From Octopus vulgaris (Eukaryota): a stretch of DNA of 64,000 bases. The stretch's first letter is position 1; the number at the start of each line of letters is the position of its first letter. The notes under the pieces are model-generated. The model was not told the DNA's origin and ran no database searches. It saw only the letters and a list, made by a program, of their open reading frames with translations. The DNA is taken from positions 4,588,001 through 4,652,000 of the forward strand of contig OX597824.1 of assembly GCA_951406725.2 (NCBI GenBank). Reading direction: 5' to 3'. The position numbers and the translations under genes were made by a program. Positions 52,525-64,000 of the stretch are shown piece by piece.

Positions 52525-52840
52525 AGTGACTGGCTCCCATGCCAGTGGCATGTAAAAAGCACCATTCGAGTGTGGTTGTTGCCTGTGCTGCCTGACTGAC
52601 TGACTCCCATGCTGGTGGCATGTAAAAAGCACCATTCGAGTGTGGTCAATGCCAATGCTGCCTGGCTGGCACCTGTATCTGTGGCACATAAAAAGCACCC
52701 ACTACACTCTCGGAGTGATTGACACTAGGAAAGGCATCCAGCTGTAGAAACCTTGCCAGATCAGATTGGAGCCTGGTGAAGTCTCCTGGCTTGCCAGTAC
52801 TCAGTCAAACCATGCCGGCATGGAAAGCGGACGTTAAACA

Positions 52841-52875
<35 letters not shown>
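52525..52875 (+). mobile_element. SINE with tandem sub-repeats and RTE tail
   Basis: Three gtggca(t/c)(g/a)taaaaagcacc units; tail ccatgccggcatggaaagcggacgttaaacaatgatgatg. Confidence 0.8.
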
Positions 52876-53049
52876 AAAAAGTAACAAGGCAAAACCAGAT
52901 TAAAGATTGTAGTAACCGTGACTCATCATACCCTCCAATGTCTTGTCCTGTATATGGAAATAAATATTTTATCTGCAATAAATTTCGCCATTTCAGCAAA
53001 CTCTGTAGGTCAAAACTATTCAGTTTTATTAAGTCTGTTGAATCCTAAA

Positions 53050-56000
53050 CAGTCTGAACAAATAGCTCTCACTGTTCATTGTAAAACAAATGATAATTTA
53101 TAAAGGGTTACTAGTAAATTGAATGGGACACCCTGTTAAAATGCAAGTGAATAATGTTACAGTGTTGTCTATCATTCAGTCTTGTTGCTAATTATCAAAC
53201 CAACTGATAGACATTTAACTTCATATGATGGCTCAAAATTACATGCAGTTGCTATTACAAAAACTTTGCTTCACTCTGGCAATAAAAAGATTATTTTGGC
53301 TTTGTTGTGATTAACACTCCTTATAACTTTGGATTAATTGGTGAAGATATCCTGCCAGATACATCATGCTAATATGTTTCTGATCTGCAGATACAACCAA
53401 AAGTAAGATGTGTTCAGCATACCCAGTTCCAGTACACATCAAAAAAGGAAAATAAACTTAACAATCTTGAAATAATGAGAACTGCAGCACCATGTTTTAT
53501 GAAGATATCAAGAATGCATCACCAGTCATTCGGGTGCAAAAGAAAGATAATAAATTAATCATGTGTGCTCGTTATAAAGCACATTTAAATAACAAAAGTC
53601 AAACTTGTTTTCATCCAATTATTCAAATTGAAACAATGTTCACGGATATGCAATGAATAAAGTTTTTTTTTCTCAAATGATTTAACATCAAATTGGTGTG
53701 AATGAGGACTCAAAGGACTGCGTGAAACATAAATGATATACACTTAGTCAACAGACTTCAGGAGAGCCACAAAAACAGTAACTGTATTTTCCAGTACTAG
53801 ATAGAGACTAAATGGAAAATAATTATTAATATGATTATCTATTAAGATGACATACTTATCTTTGTATCAACCCAGAATAAATGGTAGAATCAAGAAAGAG
53901 CTGTTATTGCTAGACTGAACACAGTCAATGTATCATTTAATATAAATAAATGAATTAATCATGCATCTTCCATAGGTTTCCTTGCTTTGACTGTTTCTAA
54001 GAAAGATATCAAATCATCATTTAATCTAATTAACAGATTAATGTTTCCAAACTGAAAGAAGAAATTGAGAAATATTTGGTATTGATACACTGTTATTAAA
54101 ATTTACAGACATAGTTGAGCCTCTTCTCATAGCAAAAAAAAAAAAAAAATGTCTTTACTCGGGAAATACATCAAGAAAAGGTCTTCAAGAAGACAAAAGA
54201 ACTTCTTACATAACATCCTTTTCAGTAAAATTCTGGATTTGCAGCAGTTGGAATAATGTCTCAAAATGGCAATCTCATAGCATATGTTAGTAATACCTTT
54301 GTTAGTATTCCATCTGAACTAATATTGAACATGAAACTTAAGTTGTAAAAATATAGTGTATTGAAAGATTAAGACATTTTCTTATGAAGAAATCTTTCAC
54401 ACTGAAGACAGTTCATTTCTGCAGCTCATATTTTCAAGGGAACTCAATGTCTCTTATTGAACTTCTTAGTGGATTGACAGGTGGACTCTCATATTATCAC
54501 AATATGATTTCAGAATCACTTATATACCTTGTATTTGCCATCAGCGAAATTGATTTGCTTAGCAGACTATCATATGTTTCATTTTGGTAGTAATGTCTCT
54601 TTTTTTCTCTTTTTACAAAAGCATTAAATTCGGTTCCAGTTGATCTGATCAATGGAACAGCCATCTTGTGAAATTAGTGTGCAAGTGGCTGAGCACTCCA
54701 CAGACATATGTATCCTTAACAAATTTCTTGGGGAGATTCAGTGTGACACAGGATGTGACAAGGCTGACCCTTTGAAATACAGGTACCACTCATTTTTGCT
54801 AGCTGAGTGGACTGGAGCAATATGAAATAAAGTGTCTTGCTCAAGGACACAGCATGTTGCCAGGAATTGAACTCTTGACCTTACAATCACGAGCAAAATA
54901 TTCTAACCACTAAGCCACGCACCTTCACAAATTCTGATATAAGAAATGATAAATTAATTTTTGCTGATTATCAGAGTTGAAGACCTTAAAAATCATTTTA
55001 ACATATCCACTAATTATATTTACTTAAAAAAAATGCATTCCTGGCAAAGATTGGTCTCGGCTAGAATTCTCTTGGTGCATGCAGAGCAATGAGAATCCAA
55101 GCAATAACATATCTATTCCTTTTTAACAGATATGAATGTGGATGTCCAACTGCTGTTGCCTTTCACCAATGGAGAGCACCCACCTCCCTTAAGACAACAC
55201 GTTCAACAATTTGCTAGACATTCATCTGAAATTATGATAGAGAATGATCTCAGCTTATCTATTCTTAACCCTTATTGTGTAAAAGTTATTTCTATGATCC
55301 TTGGCATACACATGGGTGTACAACAGACACCAAAGAAAGCAAAGACTTTTATTTTGTGGCCTAATCTTGACAGAGATACATAAGAATTTATCCAATCTTA
55401 AGATATGTGCATTAAATCAGATTTAAAAGCACTCCTTGTGCTGATAAATGTCCTGAATTATGGCCCTAGGAAAGATTACATACGGAGTGGAGATATGTTT
55501 GAAATGTTGGGAATATGCTTTCATTAAAGCTGATGCAGCTACTATTTAGAGTGAAACTCTTTTATATTCCATTAGAAACTTCGAAAAGGTAAGGATATGT
55601 CTATTTTCTTATTTTCTAGTTTTGGCATTCCAGCAACAATACTATCAGACAATGAGCCAGATTTCATTCAATAAAGGACTTATTAAACTGATTTGGTTGC
55701 AAGAATATTGATAGTTCTATCTATAGTCTAAGATCTATAGAGCAGAATAAAGAACTGTGCAAGCAGTCAAATCTGCATTAAAAGATTACAGTCCATCAAT
55801 TGCAAACTTTGATGAGTATTTGCTAAAGATTCTTTTCAACCATAACAGTGCATCTGGTACATGCCAGTTATCTCTAGCTGAGAAATTATTAAGCAGACAA
55901 TTAAGACTAGCAGCAAAACCTTTTTATGAGGCTGAACAAATGGTTCACTACAAGAATGATACGACAACATTTCTCACAAATGCACATTATCTAATTCGTG

Positions 56001-56105
56001 CAGGGAGAAGCACAGCATGGATTAGATATGAGGATGAAAAAGCTCAGTTAACATCAACTGAACAAACTGCTAAACCATTAAGCTTATTAAGCATAGTTAA
56101 TTGAT
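53050..56105 (+). mobile_element. Decayed Gypsy/Ty3 LTR-retrotransposon pol (PR-RT-INT)
   Basis: GHPVKMQV...SII (protease), ASPVIRVQKKDNKLIMCARYK and Y*DDILI (RT), HMGVQQT...WPNLDRD, ERLH, FGIPATILSDN, VQAVKSAL and SLAEKLLSRQLR (integrase), in Gypsy order with many disablements. Confidence 0.85.
54625..54929 (-). mobile_element. tRNA-derived CORE-like SINE nested in the Gypsy remnant
   Basis: Minus strand TGGCTTAGTGG (box A), GAGTTCAATTCC (box B), gtgtccttgagcaagacacttt. Confidence 0.8.
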
Positions 56106-58080
56106 TTAAATAGATGATAGAGAGCCATGTGTTAAAGTGATTGGGTTTGGATAACATTCAGAAGAGAAATGGTGAGGTATTGGTCTTTCTGTTCATGGAA
56201 TTTCGTTTCAACACCCAGGTGTTAAGATGAAATCCACTGCAAGCTTTTGTTATGTGTGTTAGGCAGTACATTAATTCTATACAGAGTTTACCTGGCTATC
56301 TTCAGTAATTAGCAGATCTAATTTTCAAGAATTGTAACTTACAATAGACTGTCAGCCTGTCAAGTTGGGACGGGGAATGTATCTCTTATATACTAAAAAT
56401 GCTGATCTTTATCCAAATCGGGATTCATGGAGTTGATGCTTATCTGTTGTTTCTGTAGCCTTAAGCAGATGAAAAACAAATCTCCTTTTAAATGGGATGC
56501 TAATCTATTGTAGGCAGCGTAGAATTTCCAGTAGGAGAAATTAAACTTGGAATAACAAGTCAACTAAATGGTTGTCAATTCCACAATACTATCACTTGCT
56601 TACAGCAAGGAATTATGACAATGGTTTCATCTGCTTATCTGTAAAATCTGTGTTGTTGGGAGATGCCGACAGTAAGAGCACAGGATGCAGAAATGAGTAC
56701 TGAGGGAACCTATATGCAGTCACTAAACCTACAAGAAACAGCAGCCAAATCACAAATCACATTAAACCATTTTAAATAAATAGAGGGAAATGAATATATT
56801 GGACAGTGGTCTCTGATACACAGAGTGAAGGGATGATCATGGTTGGAATGCCTACACAACTTGAAACAAATGGTTAGTAGTGTTCCAGTATAATTTACCA
56901 TCTATGCAGAATGGCTAACAGAGGCAAATGATCCTTTTGTGAAAAGTTCTGCTAAATTAGTCAACTGTACATTGGTGTACTATAAAAGGATTTTATTTAT
57001 GTCCTAATGATTTTGGGAAAAGTATGAATTATGTAACTCCTATTCCCAACTGCTAAAGTCAATAGGCCTATTATCCATAGATGAATACCATTGATTATGG
57101 AAATTCAGACGAAAAATACAGCCATTTAATGTTTTAATTATATACCACATTTGAATAATTTGTATAATAAAGTGAAATAGCAGTGACTGGGAGGCAAAAC
57201 CAGGTTGCTGACACAACAGCTTTGGAGCAAACACACGTTCAACTCCTTCTTTCATAAGGAAGATATATGGGTAATTGAATACACAAAGAGAGAGAGAGAG
57301 AGACAGATGGACAGATATATACACATACAGATGGATATGTTTATATTTATATATATGCATACACACATGCAATAAATCAATATATTTGCTATGCAAATGT
57401 ATGAATAGGATACAGTACTAAGCCAACATCATAAGAGATTGATAGTTTAGTTCAGTTTCTACCTGTTTCACGTTCACTGCTTAGGGCTTCGCAAGTGGTT
57501 TTCATTACATAGCTTTTTCTCTCACAAGGTATTTTCTGTTTTGTTTCTTTTTATAAGATAAAATCAATTACCCCTACATTGACTTTATGAAGCAAAAATC
57601 AATTATTCCTCTCATGCTTAAACCTTAGTTATTTTTCTTGTTGATATATATATATACATTGTGTGTGTGTGTGCATGTGTGCACACGCCTGTACATTTTT
57701 TTTGGCAAAGATTATGTACAGATTATTAAATTGTTCTAGGCAGATAGTACATGTGTGTGTGTGTGTGTGCATACACATGTGCAGGTGTGTGTGTTTCAGA
57801 ATTCTTCAGCTAATTTTCAGAATTGATTCCTAAAAGATCACCATTTTTTTTATACGATCTCAGTTCTAATACTTGGTAATAGTTTCAATGTTAATTAATT
57901 ACCAGTTGTTGTTGTTTTTTGTTGTTAGGCCTCGGGTCAGGTCCAATCAAGCAGACCTATAATCAAAGCCATTTATTTAGCCGTGATCTTTTCTTCAGAC
58001 ATAGTATGACATTCTTGAGACACTGACATTCAGAAGAGTCCTGAATGTCACATCATCTCATTCGCTCTTTAAAATATTTG

Positions 58081-58300
58081 TGACAGTTCGCATGAGTAAG
58101 AAATCAACTGTTGTTTAAATGCTCGTATGATTTACTAAAATTGTAGAGGGTGCACGTGCAATGATTGTGCGAGTGTGTAATCGTTACGAGCACGAGAAGA
58201 ATATGTGCAGCATTTTTGTTAGTCCACCCTGCACGTGTTCGTGTATCAGTTAGTGGTTCCCCTCTCATGTTATTGATTGGGGGCATGTTCTATGTTTTTA
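58081..58300. promoter_or_regulatory. Candidate enhancer-like unique CpG-containing block
   Basis: TGACAG (58081), TGATTTAC (58128), two CACGTG boxes (58153, 58232), TGATTGG (~58274). Confidence 0.3.
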
Positions 58301-58339
58301 TCAGTGTCTATTTCAGCTTTCAAATCATCTGGAAAAGTT

Positions 58340-58500
58340 TGAGAGAGAGAGAGAGAAGAAGAAGAAAAGAAGAAAAGAAGAAGAAGAAGAAGAAGAAGAA
58401 GAAGAAGAAGAAGAAGAAGAAGAAGAAGAAGAGACAGAGAGAGGAAGAGACAGAGAGAGGAAGAGACAGAGAGAGAGAGGAAGAGACAGAGAGAGAGAAG
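58340..58500. repeat. (GA)n/(GAA)n purine tract
   Basis: Direct reading. Confidence 0.95.
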
Positions 58501-59029
58501 CAGCCCATGGTCTCCACCACCTTCTCTGCGTTGGTAGTTTTATAATAATCTGGCTGCCACAAGATTTGACTTACCAGTTGCATTCTTTATTCCATTACTA
58601 TTTCTTGGAGTCTTTGTGACAAAGCTCTTCTTAAAATTTCCTATTTTGAACATGGAATTAAATTTTCAAGATTTTCCTCAATCAACTTTGGTGTAAAACA
58701 TTCAGCTTTTTGGTGATTTTCCATTTTCTTCTTCATTACTTTTAGATATAACGCCAATGGCAGTACAGAGGTATTGTGCAATTGGATTTTGATGATAGTG
58801 TCCACTATGTCCGTGAACTAGACTTTAAATATACATCCAAAGTATGTTTACAAGCATGAATCATAATAAACTAAGGTATTAATTTTATGATGTGAGAATG
58901 TATCTTATTAATAAGTATCATGTGATATAAGAATGTATCAATGGTTGGAGTGTTTCCTAAGTAAATGTTTTGAGTATGCATTATAATAGTATTACATGAT
59001 TACCTACTCAAGGTATATGTCTTAAACAT

Positions 59030-61270
59030 GTATTGAATATTTAATGGGTGAGTCAGTCAATTATCAAGAATAAATAGAATACATCTTCTGCTTCTGCCAC
59101 ATTACAAAATCATCCAACAACTTACAACTCTCAGAACATATCCAGTTCTGTATCAAGGACATCGATTTCACTTCACCTCCCACCAAAATCGTTGACTCCA
59201 ATAATTTTAATGGTCACAATTTTTCTAGGCTCTCACACTGACCCCAAATATTTTGCAATTCTTAATTCTTTATAACTTTTAGTACCCTTCCCTCTGTGCA
59301 TATGTAACCAAGAGACAACCCAAATACACTTGATTTCTTTCTCACCTCCAAACACAGTTTCTATAAACAAATCATAGCCCCTGTACCCATCAGAACATCT
59401 GACTGCTGTCTCAAATCCTAACCCTAATCTCAGCCCAGTGGTGTAGCTAGAGTGTTTGCCACCCGGGGTGGCCTTTCAGTTTACTGTCCCCAGGACACCA
59501 CAAAAAATACATAATGCACAGTAATTATATCGATTCTTGTATTTAATGGCGAGTAGTGTCCATGTCCCTACATAAAAACCACTATCATTTGATTTCAATA
59601 CAGCCTATAGACGCTTATAGCCTACAGCAGACCACCATAAAAGTGCCACCTGGGGTCTCAGCCCCACCACCCACTAGTGTCTCAGCCCCACCACCCACAC
59701 CCTATGGCATTATGCTAACTTTTCCTGGCAGCATATATGCCTCACCCCTGACCTATCCAAGACAAAACAAGCAAATCAAATGATTGATACTATCCTCTAA
59801 GACATGTATGTCCATCCCTCTCACATCCAAAGTTCATAATCTTAAGTCACTCAAATGATTCACACATATTAGCTCTGCAGCAGCACAAATGAAAAGCACA
59901 TCTTAGAAACATCATACAATCTCATCAGCTTTCTACTTATTCCCTATGCAATTCATGTAAGACAACAAACCCCTTCTGTCCTTTTAAACAGTGCATCCTA
60001 GAACTAGTCCCTATCCTTGTCAAATTCTTCAGTTTCTTACTACATGTCTTGATCTTTGAAACATACCACAATATGTCCAATATCCAAGAAGGGAAAACTC
60101 TCTCACCCCAACTAACTATTAGCTTATTGCTCTCTTCCACTATCTGAAAATGAGAGAAACATTTGTTAACAACCACCCTCTCCTTCCTCACTAATCCCCA
60201 GTATATCTTATATAGTGCCAGATCGATATAGTGTCAGATCTACCATAGACCTGCTCTTCTACATCACTCACCAGAAGTTGTTCACTATTGAAAAGTTGGA
60301 TGAAAACAATATCATTGTACTTCATGTAAGTAATGAACTTGAGTGTGTATGGCACAAATACTTTCTGATAAAACTCTCTGCTTACGAACTCCATCTCCCT
60401 CTAATCTCTTGGCTTGAACATTTTCTATTAGATTACATGAATATAGCACATGCAAGCAGAGCTCTCTCTAAGCCATACAATAGCAACTCTGATGTGTTCC
60501 AAGAATCATTTATGTTACCAACATGCTTTGTCTTGCACATTAGCAGCATCATCTCAAATGATGCTCACTCCTAGCAGATGATACACCTGTCATTCCTTAT
60601 TAATCTTCCATACACAGACAATATTTATATCCAGTCTAGACGGCACACAACAAATCTGCATTGCCTCCATGAATAAAGACAACGGAGACCTGGCAACCTC
60701 ATCTCCTTCAATGGCAAAACAATGCAATCACTGCATATATTAGAAACTTCTGTTTTATCCTCACATATGGCAAAGAAACTCAGTTCAGTACAAATGCCAA
60801 GCCAAACAGTCACTGGTAATCTTTCATGATAATCTCGCATACAAAGTAAAAACTTTGTCTCAAAGACTAATCTTTCTCTTTAAAAACAGAAAGTACTGAA
60901 ATGGAATTACTGCTTTGGCATCTAGGATAGTGCTGCAGTAACTCACAAAAACCTCTAAGAGCACAATCAAAAGGGAATCATCTGGCTGAGTGGCAAGGGC
61001 TCATTCCTACCTCTAACCTACAATCACACTGTCTCTTCACTCTTCCCTTTCTATCACTATCACAATGACCTCTGCTCCTCGCAGCTAGCTAGATTCAGAT
61101 TAGCTCCACCCAAGCTCTCCTATTACTTGCTGAACCTCATCTAATCCAGGCACTGCACTAACCATAATCCCCAATCCTTCCTCCTCAGAATGTCCACCTT
61201 CTTGAATTCCTTTCTTACCCACATTTTTGCTACATATGCCAACTTGTAGTTCTTTAAACCGATATTCCAT
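59030..61270 (+). mobile_element. Decayed CR1/L2/Jockey-group LINE (endonuclease plus RT)
   Basis: NFNGHN, NTLDFFLTS and PIRTSD (APE domain); RSTIDLLFYITH...ECVWHKYFLIKLSAY...LISWLEHFL and NSDVFQESFMLPTCF (RT). Confidence 0.75.
59436..59720. mobile_element. Probable hAT (Tip100-like) MITE nested in the LINE
   Basis: Starts CAGTGGTGTAGCTAG; GC-rich subterminal ccacc(c/t)ggggt motif at both ends; right end degenerate. Confidence 0.5.
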
Positions 61271-61307
61271 TGAATTGATCTCACCAGGCTCACAGAGGTC
61301 AGAAACT

Positions 61308-61358
<51 letters not shown>

Positions 61359-61849
61359 TTCTTCTCTGTAGTCACTGATTTACAACAGATAACATTTTAC
61401 TTAGCAAAACATAGTAACATAAGTGCCAAATTCTTTAGTATAAGACTGTGCATCACTGACCTTTGATGTTTGAATTCAATGACAAGGACCCTATATTTCA
61501 TTAACTTTTTCTCGTTATATCATCTACTGAACAATACCCACATGAAATGCTCTCTTTTGCTAAACATGTAAGAATACCACCATCTTAGTACTTTTGTCCC
61601 AGAAGCCTCATATTCTTAACTGATACAAAAACAGAGAAAAGAAAAACAATCTTGAATGGCTGTTATCCCTTTCATATTTAAATTCCATAATACACCAGGT
61701 TACAAAGAAAGGTATCATTTCAGAAGATTGTTTTCACACTGAGTTTCGAGAACAAGTTAGCCAAATAGATGTCATCTAGCTCCAAGCTTTATTTGCGTAT
61801 GATTTGAATACACACCATGAGCTAAAGAAATATTTGTTAATCATGTGTT

Positions 61850-62340
61850 TGTTATTAACAGATAAGTTGGACTACGCTGTTTCCTTCTTAAGCTCCAAAA
61901 ATATCCACAACAGTTGCCAAATCCTAAATCCCACAAAACTACAATTCAAACAGTGTTGTTGTTTGCAGTCAAATCCTGGAACTAAGCACTCTTTGTCTGA
62001 ACTTTCTGTCAAAGACTTCTTGTTTGCACCATATGTGTTTAACTTTGTGTTTTATCACGTGATTTTCTCTGGATTTTTCCTTCCTTGAATTTTCAAGCAT
62101 AATGAAAGCTAATAATTCAAGTTAGAATTCAGTGATACCATTTATTAATGATTTATTTATTATTATTTATTTATTAATAATTTTAATTAGAAAAAGACAG
62201 CTTGGACTTAGACAAAATAATCAGAGTGATATTTCAGTGTCATTTTTAAGCACCTGCTATCTAAGTGATACTGCCACTTTTTGAGTCTGAACAGAAGTGA
62301 ACTTAACACTTAATTCATATTGCATTAATGTTTTCATTAA
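61850..62340 (-). mobile_element. Ancient Tx1/L1-like LINE fragment (copy 3 of 3, C-terminal cysteine-rich region)
   Basis: Minus frame ECLVPGFDCKQQHCLNCSFVGFRIW resembles the ORF2 CCHC knuckle; homologous to 50.7-51.4 kb. Confidence 0.5.
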
Positions 62341-62399
62341 TGAATTACCATTTTTGATAAAAATCCACAGACCATGAGTAACTCTGGATTTTCATCATA

Positions 62400-62592
62400 T
62401 AGTTCGTGCTGGTTGAACGTAAAAATCACCCACCACACGCATGGAGTGGTTGGCGTTAGGAAGGGCATCCAGCTGTAGAAACACTGCCAGATCAGAATGA
62501 AGCCTGGTGCAGCCTTCTGGCTTCCCAGACCCCAGTCGAACCGTCCAACCCATGCCAGCATGGAAAACAGATGTTAAACGATGATGATGATG
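62400..62592 (+). mobile_element. SINE with RTE tail
   Basis: gagtggttggcgttaggaagggcatccagctgtagaaac...aacccatgccagcatggaaaacagatgttaaacgatgatg. Confidence 0.8.
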
Positions 62593-62630
<38 letters not shown>

Positions 62631-62811
62631 GCTTTCGGTGTGAATGGTAACACACTTAGTTTGTGTTAACAAAGGGATGTGGATTCAACTCCCACACAGA
62701 TAGAAAAGCCTTCTTTTTTTCTGTTGAGGGTTTATATGCCCCTTTCTTAGACTATTTTCCTTAGTCATTGCACAGTGACCACCATAAGCTTTAAGCTTAT
62801 ATGAAAATACC

Positions 62812-62854
<43 letters not shown>

Positions 62855-64000
62855 CATTGGAATGGTTGCTCAACACTACTTTGGTGGATCACAAATAAAG
62901 AAATTATATATATATTCCCCTTTCTTTCTCTCTTGCAATGTGTGTGTGTGCGTGTGTGTGTATGTTGTCTGTGTTGCGTGTGTATAGGTGTAGGCATGGC
63001 TGTATGGTAAGAAGTTTGCTTTCCACAAATGAAAATTACCCACAAATGCCTCAGCAACAAACCAAATGATAAAGTGGATAACAACATAATGTACTGAACC
63101 AAAATTATTTCAATTCATGAATATTTTTACCCTGAGTGGAGAGACAACGAAAAAATAATTATCATAAAGGCTAATTCCGGTCAACAAGGGAGACAACCCA
63201 AGAATTTTATTCAAATTTAAAGTAGACTTGTCACAGTGATATGAAGGACCATAGCCTAATCAGCCCCCACAGCCTCATCTGACCCTACCCTTTCCCTGGG
63301 GTATCATAACAAAACAGGAGTTGACTGGATTTGTCACTGTTCTGCCTAAGATCAGACCCAGTCACACACTCTTAGATTTTTAATTAATTTTAATTAATTT
63401 AAATTACTGGATCACCTCCCTGCCTTTCTTGACCAGAATTAGTAATTAAGATCATTTTTTTTCTCCTTGCTATGGGTGTAATGTAAAATTAATTAAAACT
63501 TTTAAAAAATTTAAATTTAAAATGAGGCTAAAAACATCCAGTATGCTCAAAAAGACTGGAAAAACTTTAAAAGAAACGATAGGCAAATCAGATTAGAAAC
63601 AGAATTAAATGTAAAAGCAAACAAATTAGCATAAACATGAGCTACACCAATAATTACCAAGTGGCCTACTGTGATTACTTTATATTTTAAAGAAGTGTTA
63701 TCATTCTTCTTTTAATGCATTTTTCATTAGGTGCAGCCCATGTGTGTGTGTGTGTGGGTGTGTAAAACGTTCTGCCATTTTGAGGTTTAATATGCTGCAC
63801 CTATTAATGCCATTTATTTTGTGCAGAGGTATGATGCCTGGAAATTTATTGGCATTTTTTATTTTTATATCTCAGCTATTTCTAATGCTCCATTTATCAC
63901 AAAGACAGTTTTTGCATTCACCCACCCACGCACGCTGCCACATGCAACATTTATCTCTAAATCCTTATATTTCGATAATTCTTCTATTTCCTTCAGGGCA

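Overview
Eukaryotic, AT-rich, microsatellite-dense DNA. The repeat content (tRNA-derived SINEs with RTE-type tails, RTE/CR1/Tx1 LINE debris, mariner remnants, long (TA)n/(CA)n/(TTA)n/(GTA)n tracts) is most consistent with an octopus or other coleoid cephalopod genome; this is inference, not a database result. I found no convincing host protein-coding exon. Almost all ORFs in the track are microsatellite artefacts or decayed transposon frames, so the window is probably intergenic or part of a very large intron. Recognisable elements are mariner fragments, a non-autonomous Helitron, piggyBac/Tc1/hAT-type MITEs, RTE, CR1-like and Tx1/L1-like LINE fragments, a decayed Gypsy pol, a probable decayed Penelope-like element, and many SINEs. 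The most notable signal is a tRNA-headed (Pol III box A/B) SINE whose 3' tail carries a Penelope-type minimal hammerhead ribozyme core. There are three cores in two loci. At ~19.15-19.62 kb it forms a Penelope-style inverted duplication with a templated 53-bp capture of nearby DNA. Two candidate cis-regulatory clusters are also noted (~4.6 kb and ~58.1 kb). Boundaries of decayed elements are approximate.
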